A stretch of 64,000 nucleotides of DNA, from positions 1 through 64,000 of the forward strand of contig JAUCBJ010005018.1 in the NCBI GenBank assembly GCA_032718475.1, written 5' to 3'. The stretch's first letter is position 1. Each line of letters opens with the position of its first letter. Positions 28,201 to 42,324 of this stretch are shown piece by piece. Origin of the DNA: Nemertoderma westbladi. Its lineage: Eukaryota; Animalia; Xenacoelomorpha. A program made the position numbers and the translations under genes. Under the pieces are notes generated by a model that worked only from the letters and a program-made list of their open reading frames with translations, was not told where the DNA came from and searched no databases.

Positions 28201-31200
28201 AGTTATACAAAGAGGATCGCACGGAGCGATAGGTAGAGTCAACAAAGAGGAACGCACGGAGCGATGGGTAGAATTTATTATGAGTTATACAAAGAGGAAC
28301 GCACGGAGCGATAGGTAGAGTTTATTATGAATTATACAAAGAGGAACGCACGGAGCGATAGGTAGAGTCAACAAAGAGGAACGCACGGAGCGATGGGTAG
28401 AATTTATTATGAGTTATACAAAGAGGAACGCACGGAGCGATAGGTAGAGTTTATTATGAATTATACAAAGAGGAACGCACGGAGCGATAGGTAGAGTCAA
28501 CAAAGAGGAACGCACGGACCGATAGGTAGAGTTTATTATGAGTTATACAAAGAGGATCGCACGGAGCGATAGGTAGAGTTTATTATGAGTTATACAAAGA
28601 GGATCGCACGGAGCGATAGGTAGAGTTTATTATGAGTTATACAAAGAGGATCGCACGGAGCGATAGGTAGAGTCAACAAAGAGGAACGCACGGAGCGATA
28701 GGTAGAGTTTATTATGAGTTATACAAAGAGGATCGCACGGAGCGATAGGTAGAGTTTATTATGAGTTATACAAAGAGGATCGCACGGAGCGATAGGTAGA
28801 GTTTATTATGAGTTATACAAAGAGGATCGCACGGAGCGATAGGTAGAGTCAACAAAGAGGAACGCACGGAGCGATGGGTAGAGTCAACAAAGAGGAACGC
28901 ACGGAGCGATAGGTAGAGTTTATTATGAATTATACAAAGAGGAACGCACGGAGCGATAGGTAGAGTCAACAAAGAGGAACGCATGGAGCAATAGGTAGAG
29001 TCAACAAAGAGGAACGCACGGAGCGATAGGTAGAGTTTATTATGAGTTATACAAAGAGGATCGCACGGAGCGATAGGTAGAGTTTATTATGAGTTATACA
29101 AAGAGGATCGCACGGAGCGATAGGTAGAGTCAACAAAGAGGAACGCATGGAGCAATAGGTAGAGTCAACAAAGAGGATCGCACGGAGCGATAGGTAGAGT
29201 TTATTATGAATTATACAAAGAGGAACGCACGGAGCGATAGGTAGAGTCAACAAAGAGGAACGCACGGAGCGATGGGTAGAATTTATTATGAGTTATACAA
29301 AGAGGATCGCACGGAGCGATAGGTAGAGTCAACAAAGAGGAACGCACGGAGCGATGGGTAGAATTTATTATGAGTTATACAAAGAGGAACGCACGGAGCG
29401 ATAGGTAGAGTTTATTATGAGTTATACAAAGAGGATCGCACGGAGCGATAGGTAGAGTCAACAAAGAGGAACGCACGGAGCGATGGGTAGAATTTATTAT
29501 GAGTTATACAAAGAGGAACGCACGGAGCGATAGGTAGAGTTTATTATGAATTATACAAAGAGGAACGCACGGAGCGATAGGTAGAGTCAACAAAGAGGAA
29601 CGCACGGACCGATAGGTAGAGTTTATTATGAGTTATACAAAGAGGATCGCACGGAGCGATAGGTAGAGTTTATTATGAGTTATACAAAGAGGATCGCACG
29701 GAGTGATAGGTAGAGTTTATTATGAATTATACAAAGAGGAACGCACGGAGCGATAGGTAGAGTTTATTATGAGTTATACAAAGAGGATCGCACGGAGCGA
29801 TAGGTAGAGTTTATTATGAGTTATACAAAGAGGATCGCACGGAGCGATAGGTAGAGTTTATTATGAGTTATACAAAGAGGATCGCACGGAGCGATAGGTA
29901 GAGTTTATTATGAATTATACAAAGAGGAACGCACGGAGCGATAGGTAGAGTTTATTATGAATTATACAAAGAGGAACGCACGGAGCGATAGGTAGAGTCA
30001 ACAAAGAGGAACGCACGGAGCGATGGGTAGAATTTATTATGAGTTATACAAAGAGGATCGCACGGAGCGATAGGTAGAGTCAACAAAGAGGAACGCACGG
30101 AGCGATAGGTAGAGTTTATTATGAGTTATACAAAGAGGATCGCACGGAGCGATAGGTAGAGTTTATTATGAGTTATACAAAGAGGATCGCACGGAGCGAT
30201 AGGTAGAGTTTATTATGAGTTATACAAAGAGGATCGCACGGAGCGATAGGTAGAGTTTATTATGAATTATACAAAGAGGATCGCACGGAGCGATAGGTAG
30301 AGTTTATTATGAATTATACAAAGAGGATCGCACGGAGCGATAGGTAGAGTCAACAAAGAGGAACGCACGGAGCGATGGGTAGAATTTATTATGAGTTATA
30401 CAAAGAGGATCGCACGGAGCGATAGGTAGAGTTTATTATGAATTATACAAAGAGGAACGCACGGAGCGATAGGTAGAGTTTATTATGAATTATACAAAGA
30501 GGATCGCACGGAGCGATAGGTAGAGTTTATTATGAGTTATACAAAGAGGATCGCACGGAGCGATAGGTAGAGTTTATTATGAATTATACAAAGAGGAACG
30601 CACGGAGCGATAGGTAGAGTCAACAAAGAGGAACGCACGGAGCGATAGGTAGAGTTTATTATGAGTTATACAAAGAGGATCGCACGGACCGATAGGTAGA
30701 GTTTATTATGAGTTATACAAAGAGGATCGCACGGAGCGATAGGTAGAGTTTATTATGAATTATACAAAGAGGATCGCACGGAGCGATAGGTAGAGTTTAT
30801 TATGAATTATACAAAGAGGAACGCACGGAGCGATAGGTAGAGTCAACAAAGAGGAACGCACGGAGCGATAGGTAGAGTTTATTATGAATTATACAAAGAG
30901 GATCGCACGGAGCGATAGGTAGAGTTTATTATGAGTTATACAAAGAGGAACGCACGGAGCGATAGGTAGAGTTTATTATGAATTATACAAAGAGGAACGC
31001 ACGGAGCGATAGGTAGAGTCAACAAAGAGGAACGCACGGAGCGATAGGTAGAGTTTATTATGAATTATACAAAGAGGATCGCACGGAGCGATAGGTAGAG
31101 TTTATTATGAATTATACAAAGAGGATCGCACGGAGCGATAGGTAGAGTTTATTATGAATTATACAAAGAGGAACGCACGGAGCGATAGGTAGAGTCAACA

Positions 31201-34200
31201 AAGAGGAACGCACGGAGCGATAGGTAGAGTTTATTATGAATTATACAAAGAGGATCGCACGGAGCGATAGGTAGAGTTTATTATGAATTATACAAAGAGG
31301 AACGCACGGAGCGATAGGTAGAGTCAACAAAGAGGAACGCACGGAGCGATAGGTAGAGTTTATTATGAATTATACAAAGAGGATCGCACGGAGCGATAGG
31401 TAGAGTTTATTATGAATTATACAAAGAGGAACGCACGGAGCGATAGGTAGAGTCAACAAAGAGGAACGCACGGAGCGATAGGTAGAGTTTATTATGAGTT
31501 ATACAAAGAGGATCGCACGGAGCGATAGGTAGAGTTTATTATGAGTTATACAAAGAGGATCGCACGGAGCGATAGGTAGAGTTTATTATGAGTTATACAA
31601 AGAGGATCGCACGGAGCGATAGGTAGAGTCAACAAAGAGGAACGCACGGAGCGATAGGTAGAGTTTATTATGAATTATACAAAGAGGATCGCACGGAGCG
31701 ATAGGTAGAGTTTATTATGAATTATACAAAGAGGAACGCACGGAGCGATAGGTAGAGTCAACAAAGAGGAACGCACGGACCGATAGGTAGAGTTTATTAT
31801 GAGTTATACAAAGAGGATCGCACGGAGCGATAGGTAGAGTTTATTATGAGTTATACAAAGAGGAACGCACGGAGCGATAGGTAGAGTTTATTATGAATTA
31901 TACAAAGAGGAACGCACGGAGCGATAGGTAGAGTTTATTATGAGTTATACAAAGAGGATCGCACGGAGCGATAGGTAGAGTTTATTATGAGTTATACAAA
32001 GAGGAACGCACGGAGCGATAGGTAGAGTTTATTATGAATTATACAAAGAGGAACGCACGGAGCGATAGGTAGAGTTTATTATGAGTTATACAAAGAGGAT
32101 CGCACGGAGCGATAGGTAGAGTTTATTATGAGTTATACAAAGAGGATCGCACGGAGCGATAGGTAGAGTCAACAAAGAGGAACGCACGGAGCGATAGGTA
32201 GAGTTTATTATGAATTATACAAAGAGGAACGCACGGAGCGATAGGTAGAGTCAACAAAGAGGAACGCACGGAGCGATAGGTAGAGTTTATTATGAGTTAT
32301 ACAAAGAGGATCGCACGGAGCGATAGGTAGAGTTTATTATGAATTATACAAAGAGGAACGCACGGAGCGATAGGTAGAGTCAACAAAGAGGATCGCACGG
32401 AGCGATAGGTAGAGTTTATTATGAGTTATACAAAGAGGATCGCACGGAGCGATAGGTAGAGTTTATTATGAGTTATACAAAGAGGATCGCACGGAGCGAT
32501 AGGTAGAGTTTATTATGAGTTATACAAAGAGGATCGCACGGAGCGATAGGTAGAGTCAACAAAGAGGAACGCACGGAGCGATAGGTAGAGTTTATTATGA
32601 ATTATACAAAGAGGATCGCACGGAGCGATAGGTAGAGTTTATTATGAGTTATACAAAGAGGATCGCACGGAGCGATAGGTAGAGTTTATTATGAGTTATA
32701 CAAAGAGGATCGCACGGAGCGATAGGTAGAGTCAACAAAGAGGAACGCACGGAGCGATAGGTAGAGTTTATTATGAATTATACAAAGAGGATCGCACGGA
32801 GCGATAGGTAGAGTTTATTATGAGTTATACAAAGAGGATCGCACGGAGCGATAGGTAGAGTCAACAAAGAGGAACGCACGGAGCGATAGGTAGAGTTTAT
32901 TATGAATTATACAAAGAGGATCGCACGGAGCGATAGGTAGAGTTTATTATGAGTTATACAAAGAGGATCGCACGGAGCGATAGGTAGAGTTTATTATGAG
33001 TTATACAAAGAGGATCGCACGGAGCGATAGGTAGAGTCAACAAAGAGGAACGCACGGAGCGATAGGTAGAGTTTATTATGAATTATACAAAGAGGATCGC
33101 ACGGAGCGATAGGTAGAGTTTATTATGAGTTATACAAAGAGGATCGCACGGAGCGATAGGTAGAGTCAACAAAGAGGAACGCACGGAGCGATAGGTAGAG
33201 TTTATTATGAGTTATACAAAGAGGATCGCACGGAGCGATAGGTAGAGTTTATTATGAGTTATACAAAGAGGATCGCACGGAGCGATAGGTAGAGTCAACA
33301 AAGAGGAACGCACGGAGCGATAGGTAGAGTTTATTATGAGTTATACAAAGAGGATCGCACGGAGCGATAGGTAGAGTTTATTATGAGTTATACAAAGAGG
33401 ATCGCACGGAGCGATAGGTAGAGTCAACAAAGAGGAACGCACGGAGCGATAGGTAGAGTTTATTATGAATTATACAAAGAGGAACGCACGGAGCGATAGG
33501 TAGAGTCAACAAAGAGGAACGCACGGAGCGATAGGTAGAGTTTATTATGAGTTATACAAAGAGGATCGCACGGAGCGATAGGTAGAGTCAACAAAGAGGA
33601 ACGCACGGAGCGATAGGTAGAGTCAACAAAGAGGAACGCACGGAGCGATAGGTAGAGTTTATTATGAATTATACAAAGAGGATCGCACGGAGCGATAGGT
33701 AGAGTTTATTATGAATTATACAAAGAGGAACGCACGGAGCGATAGGTAGAGTCAACAAAGAGGAACGCACGGAGCGATAGGTAGAGTTTATTATGAGTTA
33801 TACAAAGAGGATCGCACGGAGCGATAGGTAGAGTCAACAAAGAGGAACGCACGGAGCGATAGGTAGAGTCAACAAAGAGGAACGCACGGAGCGATAGGTA
33901 GAGTCAACAAAGAGGAACGCACGGAGCGATAGGTAGAGTCAACAAAGAGGAACGCACGGAGCGATAGGTAGAGTTTATTATGAGTTATACAAAGAGGATC
34001 GCCCAGAGCGATAGGTAGAGTTTATTATGAGTTATACAAAGAGGATCGCACGGAGCGATAGGTAGAGTTTATTATGAGTTATACAAAGAGGATCGCACGG
34101 AGCGATAGGTAGAGTCAACAAAGAGGAACGCACGGAGCGATAGGTAGAGTTTATTATGAATTATACAAAGAGGAACGCACGGAGCGATAGGTAGAGTCAA

Positions 34201-37200
34201 CAAAGAGGAACGCACGGAGCGATAGGTAGAGTCAACAAAGAGGAACGCACGGAGCGATAGGTAGAGTTTATTATGAATTATACAAAGAGGATCGCACGGA
34301 GCGATAGGTAGAGTTTATTATGAATTATACAAAGAGGAACGCACGGAGCGATAGGTAGAGTCAACAAAGAGGAACGCACGGAGCGATAGGTAGAGTTTAT
34401 TATGAGTTATACAAAGAGGATCGCACGGAGCGATAGGTAGAGTTTATTATGAGTTATACAAAGAGGATCGCACGGAGCGATAGGTAGAGTTTATTATGAG
34501 TTATACAAAGAGGAACGCACGGAGCGATAGGTAGAGTCAACAAAGAGGAACGCACGGAGCGATAGGTAGAGTCAACAAAGAGGAACGCACGGAGCGATAG
34601 GTAGAGTTTATTATGAATTATACAAAGAGGATCGCACGGAGCGATAGGTAGAGTTTATTATGAATTATACAAAGAGGATCGCACGGAGCGATAGGTAGAG
34701 TTTATTATGAATTATACAAAGAGGATCGCACGGAGCGATAGGTAGAGTTTATTATGAATTATACAAAGAGGAACGCACGGAGCGATAGGTAGAGTCAACA
34801 AAGAGGAACGCACGGAGCGATAGGTAGAGTTTATTATGAGTTATACAAAGAGGATCGCACGGAGCGATAGGTAGAGTTTATTATGAGTTATACAAAGAGG
34901 AACGCACGGAGCGATAGGTAGAGTTTATTATGAGTTATACAAAGAGGATCGCACGGAGCGATAGGTAGAGTCAACAAAGAGGAACGCACGGAGCGATAGG
35001 TAGAGTTTATTATGAGTTATACAAAGAGGATCGCACGGAGCGATAGGTAGAGTTTATTATGAGTTATACAAAGAGGAACGCACGGAGCGATAGGTAGAGT
35101 TTATTATGAGTTATACAAAGAGGATCGCACGGAGCGATAGGTAGAGTTTATTATGAGTTATACAAAGAGGAACGCACGGAGCGATAGGTAGAGTCAACAA
35201 AGAGGAACGCACGGAGCGATAGGTAGAGTTTATTATGAGTTATACAAAGAGGATCGCACGGAGCGATAGGTAGAGTTTATTATGAGTTATACAAAGAGGA
35301 ACGCACGGAGCGATAGGTAGAGTTTATTATGAGTTATACAAAGAGGATCGCACGGAGCGATAGGTAGAGTTTATTATGAGTTATACAAAGAGGAACGCAC
35401 GGAGCGATAGGTAGAGTTTATTATGAGTTATACAAAGAGGATCGCACGGAGCGATAGGTAGAGTTTATTATGAGTTATACAAAGAGGAACGCACGGAGCG
35501 ATAGGTAGAGTTTATTATGAGTTATACAAAGAGGATCGCACGGAGCGATAGGTAGAGTTTATTATGAGTTATACAAAGAGGATCGCACGGAGCGATAGGT
35601 AGAGTTTATTATGAATTATACAAAGAGGATCGCACGGAGCGATAGGTAGAGTTTATTATGAATTATACAAAGAGGATCGCACGGAGCGATAGGTAGAGTT
35701 TATTATGAATTATACAAAGAGGAACGCACGGAGCGATAGGTAGAGTCAACAAAGAGGAACGCACGGAGCGATAGGTAGAGTTTATTATGAGTTATACAAA
35801 GAGGATCGCACGGAGCGATAGGTAGAGTTTATTATGAGTTATACAAAGAGGAACGCACGGAGCGATAGGTAGAGTCAACAAAGAGGAACGCACGGAGCGA
35901 TAGGTAGAGTTTATTATGAGTTATACAAAGAGGAACGCACGGAGCGATAGGTAGAGTCAACAAAGAGGAACGCACGGAGCGATAGGTAGAGTTTATTATG
36001 AGTTATACAAAGAGGATCGCACGGAGCGATAGGTAGAGTTTATTATGAGTTATACAAAGAGGAACGCACGGAGCGATAGGTAGAGTTTATTATGAGTTAT
36101 ACAAAGAGGATCGCACGGAGCGATAGGTAGAGTTTATTATGAGTTATACAAAGAGGAACGCACGGAGCGATAGGTAGAGTTTATTATGAGTTATACAAAG
36201 AGGATCGCACGGAGCGATAGGTAGAGTTTATTATGAGTTATACAAAGAGGATCGCACGGAGCGATAGGTAGAGTTTATTATGAGTTATACAAAGAGGAAC
36301 GCACGGAGCGATAGGTAGAGTTTATTATGAGTTATACAAAGAGGATCGCACGGAGCGATAGGTAGAGTTTATTATGAGTTATACAAAGAGGATCGCACGG
36401 AGCGATAGGTAGAGTTTATTATGAGTTATACAAAGAGGAACGCACGGAGCGATAGGTAGAGTTTATTATGAGTTATACAAAGAGGATCGCACGGAGCGAT
36501 AGGTAGAGTTTATTATGAGTTATACAAAGAGGATCGCACGGAGCGATAGGTAGAGTTTATTATGAGTTATACAAAGAGGATCGCACGGAGCGATAGGTAG
36601 AGTTTATTATGAGTTATACAAAGAGGATCTCATGGAGCAATAGGTAGAGTCAACAAAGAGGAACGCACGGAGCGATAGGTAGAGTTTATTATGAGTTATA
36701 CAAAGAGGATCGCACGGAGCGATAGGTAGAGTTTATTATGAATTATACAAAGAGGAACGCACGGAGCGATAGGTAGAGTTTATTATGAGTTATACAAAGA
36801 GGAACGCACGGAGCGATAGGTAGAGTTTATTATGAATTATACAAAGAGGATCGCACGGAGCGATAGGTAGAGTTTATTATGAGTTATACAAAGAGGATCG
36901 CACGGAGCGATAGGTAGAGTCAACAAAGAGGAACGCACGGAGCGATAGGTAGAGTTTATTATGAGTTATACAAAGAGGAACGCACGGAGCGATAGGTAGA
37001 GTTTATTATGAGTTATACAAAGAGGAACGCACGGAGCGATAGGTAGAGTTTATTATGAATTATACAAAGAGGAACGCACGGAGCGATAGGTAGAGTTTAT
37101 TATGAGTTATACAAAGAGGAACGCACGGAGCGATAGGTAGAGTTTATTATGAGTTATACAAAGAGGATCGCATGGAGCGATAGGTAGAGTTTATTATGAA

Positions 37201-40200
37201 TTATACAAAGAGGAACGCACGGAGCGATAGGTAGAGTTTATTATGAGTTATACAAAGAGGAACGCACGGAGCGATAGGTAGAGTTTATTATGAATTATAC
37301 AAAGAGGAACGCACGGAGCGATAGGTAGAGTTTATTATGAATTATACAAAGAGGAACGCACGGAGCGATAGGTAGAGTTTATTATGAGTTATACAAAGAG
37401 GAACGCACGGAGCGATAGGTAGAGTTTATTATGAGTTATACAAAGAGGAACGCACGGAGCGATAGGTAGAGTTTATTATGAGTTATACAAAGAGGATCGC
37501 ACGGAGCGATAGGTAGAGTTTATTATGAGTTATACAAAGAGGATCTCATGGAGCAATAGGTAGAGTCAACAAAGAGGAACGCACGGAGCGATAGGTAGAG
37601 TTTATTATGAGTTATACAAAGAGGATCTCATGGAGCAATAGGTAGAGTCAACAAAGAGGAACGCACGGAGCGATAGGTAGAGTTTATTATGAGTTATACA
37701 AAGAGGAACGCACGGAGCGATAGGTAGAGTTTATTATGAGTTATACAAAGAGGATCGCACGGAGCGATAGGTAGAGTTTATTATGAGTTATACAAAGAGG
37801 ATCTCATGGAGCAATAGGTAGAGTCAACAAAGAGGAACGCACGGAGCGATAGGTAGAGTTTATTATGAGTTATACAAAGAGGAACGCACGGAGCGATAGG
37901 TAGAGTTTATTATGAGTTATACAAAGAGGAACGCACGGAGCGATAGGTAGAGTTTATTATGAGTTATACAAAGAGGATCGCACGGAGCGATAGGTAGAGT
38001 TTATTATGAGTTATACAAAGAGGATCTCATGGAGCAATAGGTAGAGTCAACAAAGAGGAACGCACGGAGCGATAGGTAGAGTTTATTATGAGTTATACAA
38101 AGAGGATCGCACGGAGCGATAGGTAGAGTTTATTATGAATTATACAAAGAGGAACGCACGGAGCGATAGGTAGAGTTTATTATGAGTTATACAAAGAGGA
38201 ACGCACGGAGCGATAGGTAGAGTTTATTATGAATTATACAAAGAGGAACGCACGGAGCGATAGGTAGAGTTTATTATGAGTTATACAAAGAGGATCGCAC
38301 GGAGCGATAGGTAGAGTTTATTATGAATTATACAAAGAGGAACGCACGGAGCGATAGGTAGAGTTTATTATGAGTTATACAAAGAGGAACGCACGGAGCG
38401 ATAGGTAGAGTTTATTATGAATTATACAAAGAGGATCGCACGGAGCGATAGGTAGAGTTTATTATGAATTATACAAAGAGGAACGCACGGAGCGATAGGT
38501 AGAGTTTATTATGAGTTATACAAAGAGGATCGCACGGAGCGATAGGTAGAGTTTATTATGAATTATACAAAGAGGAACGCACGGAGCGATAGGTAGAGTT
38601 TATTATGAGTTATACAAAGAGGATCGCATGGAGCGATAGGTAGAGTTTATTATGAGTTATACAAAGAGGAACGCACGGAGCGATAGGTAGAATTTATTAT
38701 GAGTTATACAAAGAGGAACGCACGGAGCGATAGGTAGAGTTTATTATGAGTTATACAAAGAGGATCGCATGGAGCGATAGGTAGAGTTTATTATGAGTTA
38801 TACAAAGAGGATCGCACGGAGCGATAGGTAGAGTTTATTATGAGTTATACAAAGAGGATCGCACGGAGCGATAGGTAGAGTTTATTATGAGTTATACAAA
38901 GAGGAACGCACGGAGCGATAGGTAGAGTTTATTATGAGTTATACAAAGAGGAACGCACGGAGCGATAGGTAGAGTCAACAAAGAGGAACGCACGGAGCGA
39001 TAGGTAGAGTCAACAAAGAGGAACGCACGGAGCGATAGGTAGAGTTTATTATGAATTATACAAAGAGGAACGCACGGAGCGATAGGTAGAGTCAACAAAG
39101 AGGAACGCACGGAGCGATAGGTAGAGTTTATTATGAATTATACAAAGAGGAACGCACGGAGCGATAGGTAGAGTCAACAAAGAGGAACGCACGGAGCGAT
39201 AGGTAGAGTTTATTATGAATTATACAAAGAGGATCGCACGGAGCGATAGGTAGAGTTTATTATGAGTTATACAAAGAGGAACGCACGGAGCGATAGGTAG
39301 AGTTTATTATGAATTATACAAAGAGGAACGCACGGAGCGATAGGTAGAGTTTATTATGAGTTATACAAAGAGGATCGCACGGAGCGATAGGTAGAGTTTA
39401 TTATGAATTATACAAAGAGGAACGCACGGAGCGATAGGTAGAGTTTATTATGAGTTATACAAAGAGGATCGCACGGAGCGATAGGTAGAGTCAACAAAGA
39501 GGAACGCACGGAGCGATAGGTAGAGTCAACAAAGAGGAACGCACGGAGCGATAGGTAGAGTTTATTATGAGTTATACAAAGAGGATCGCACGGAGCGATA
39601 GGTAGAGTCAACAAAGAGGAACGCACGGAGCGATAGGTAGAGTTTATTATGAATTATACAAAGAGGAACGCACGGAGCGATAGGTAGAGTCAACAAAGAG
39701 GAACGCACGGAGCGATAGGTAGAGTCAACAAAGAGGAACGCACGGAGCGATAGGTAGAGTTTATTATGAATTATACAAAGAGGAACGCACGGAGCGATAG
39801 GTAGAGTCAACAAAGAGGAACGCACGGAGCGATAGGTAGAGTTTATTATGAATTATACAAAGAGGATCGCACGGAGCGATAGGTAGAGTTTATTATGAGT
39901 TATACAAAGAGGAACGCACGGAGCGATAGGTAGAGTTTATTATGAATTATACAAAGAGGAACGCACGGAGCGATAGGTAGAGTTTATTATGAGTTATACA
40001 AAGAGGATCGCACGGAGCGATAGGTAGAGTTTATTATGAATTATACAAAGAGGAACGCACGGAGCGATAGGTAGAGTTTATTATGAGTTATACAAAGAGG
40101 ATCGCACGGAGCGATAGGTAGAGTCAACAAAGAGGAACGCACGGAGCGATAGGTAGAGTCAACAAAGAGGAACGCACGGAGCGATAGGTAGAGTTTATTA

Positions 40201-41238
40201 TGAGTTATACAAAGAGGATCGCACGGAGCGATAGGTAGAGTCAACAAAGAGGAACGCACGGAGCGATAGGTAGAGTTTATTATGAGTTATACAAAGAGGA
40301 TCGCACGGAGCGATAGGTAGAGTCAACAAAGAGGAACGCACGGAGCGATAGGTAGAGTCAACAAAGAGGAACGCACGGAGCGATAGGTAGAGTTTATTAT
40401 GAGTTATACAAAGAGGATCGCACGGAGCGATAGGTAGAGTTTATTATGAATTATACAAAGAGGAACGCACGGAGCGATAGGTAGAGTCAACAAAGAGGAA
40501 CGCACGGAGCGATAGGTAGAGTTTATTATGAGTTATACAAAGAGGATCGCACGGAGCGATAGGTAGAGTCAACAAAGAGGAACGCACGGAGCGATAGGTA
40601 GAGTTTATTATGAGTTATACAAAGAGGATCGCACGGAGCGATAGGTAGAGTCAACAAAGAGGAACGCACGGAGCGATAGGTAGAGTCAACAAAGAGGAAC
40701 GCACGGAGCGATAGGTAGAGTTTATTATGAGTTATACAAAGAGGATCGCACGGAGCGATAGGTAGAGTTTATTATGAATTATACAAAGAGGAACGCACGG
40801 AGCGATAGGTAGAGTCAACAAAGAGGAACGCACGGAGCGATAGGTAGAGTTTATTATGAGTTATACAAAGAGGATCGCACGGAGCGATAGGTAGAGTTTA
40901 TTATGAGTTATACAAAGAGGAACGCACGGAGCGATAGGTAGAGTTTATTATGAGTTATACAAAGAGGATCGCACGGAGCGATAGGTAGAGTTTATTATGA
41001 GTTATACAAAGAGGATCGCACGGAGCGATAGGTAGAGTTTATTATGAGTTATACAAAGAGGATCGCACGGAGCGATAGGTAGAGTTTATTATGAGTTATA
41101 CAAAGAGGATCGCATGGAGCGATAGGTAGAGTCAACAAAGAGGAACGCACGGAGCGATAGGTAGAGTCAACAAAGAGGAACGCACGGAGCGATAGGTAGA
41201 GTCAACAAAGAGGAACGCACAGAGCGATAGGTAGAGTT
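22224..41238. repeat. 19-kb tandem array of interspersed 35-bp and 47-bp units sharing a 33-bp core (roughly 430-450 units)
   Basis: The core ACAAAGAGGAWCGCAYGGAGCRATAGGTAGAGT is followed by either CA (35 bp) or TTATTATGARTTAT (47 bp). The first few units are 36 bp (TCCA linker). Confidence 0.98.
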
Positions 41239-42324
41239 TTTGAAGTGGATGATGAGAAGTTGAATATAAATGTCAATCGCATCTTTCGACAAATTAAAGA
41301 GTTGGTAATATACCAGAATGGCTTCTTGGTTAGTTGAAATTTAATATAAACAAACGACTACTACAAACTTTATACAAACCTACAATATGTAGAAAGCCAA
41401 CATCTCTCATAAAATTTCAACAAAAAATATAACAAAAAAAAGCAAAGCTGTAATTTGAAAGTCTGAATGTCTCCATAGACGGATGTGTTTTCTAAAATTT
41501 TTATAAGATTCAATATGATAGATGACAGATGGGTGATGATAGATGAATATCACTTGTGTGCATCGGACCTTACAGTAAGTTTTATATTAGAGATGAGAGA
41601 ATGTACAACAATCCATAATAAAAGGATGTAAGCCTAAACAAGGTTGTATGTCGTATAATATAGTAAGTATGTGCAATGTGCTGTGCATGCACAATGGATC
41701 TTGTGTTTAATATAATTATTTATTAATCCGACAGATAGGTACGTACAAAGCGGAGTTTAAATTATATTATAGAAATAATATAGAGACATAAAACTGATTA
41801 AATCCTTCAGTAAGTATATAACTCTTAAAATCATAAAAAATTCATAAACTCAAATTATATGAATAAAATGATAGGCAGAGTACATAAGAAAAGTGAGCCG
41901 ACAGTACTTAACAACTGGAGGAGTGAGTGATATCCACTGCAAGTTGGTTATAGAGACAAAGAGCGCTCCACTCTTCCCGCTAATGTTAGAGTCTCTGCAG
42001 ATCGAATGTAGCAGATGAAGGCGCGATATTTTTACTCGCAATGTTTTTAAATATAACCCATTAAGGGTTCTCTAATGCATATAATATTCGAGTTGTAGAC
42101 AAGTATTTTATTAATTCTACACCAAAGTAATATAATAAAAACCCATGACTTTGATCACAAACTAAACACATATATAGGATTCCCAGCTTTGAAGCTGATT
42201 TTATGGTAGTTAGTTACAAATTCAGTATTTACACAAATGCACTACGCTAACCTAAAACTACCATAAAATAAAATTAGTTAAAGTATAAATAACTTCATGG
42301 TAAAACGAGAACGTCGTCTCTATT

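Noticed and set aside
22224-41238. CRISPR-like appearance (constant 33-bp repeat with intervening segments)
   Set aside because: The linkers are only a few recurring sequences of 2 or 14 bp, not unique spacers. There are no cas genes and the context is eukaryotic.
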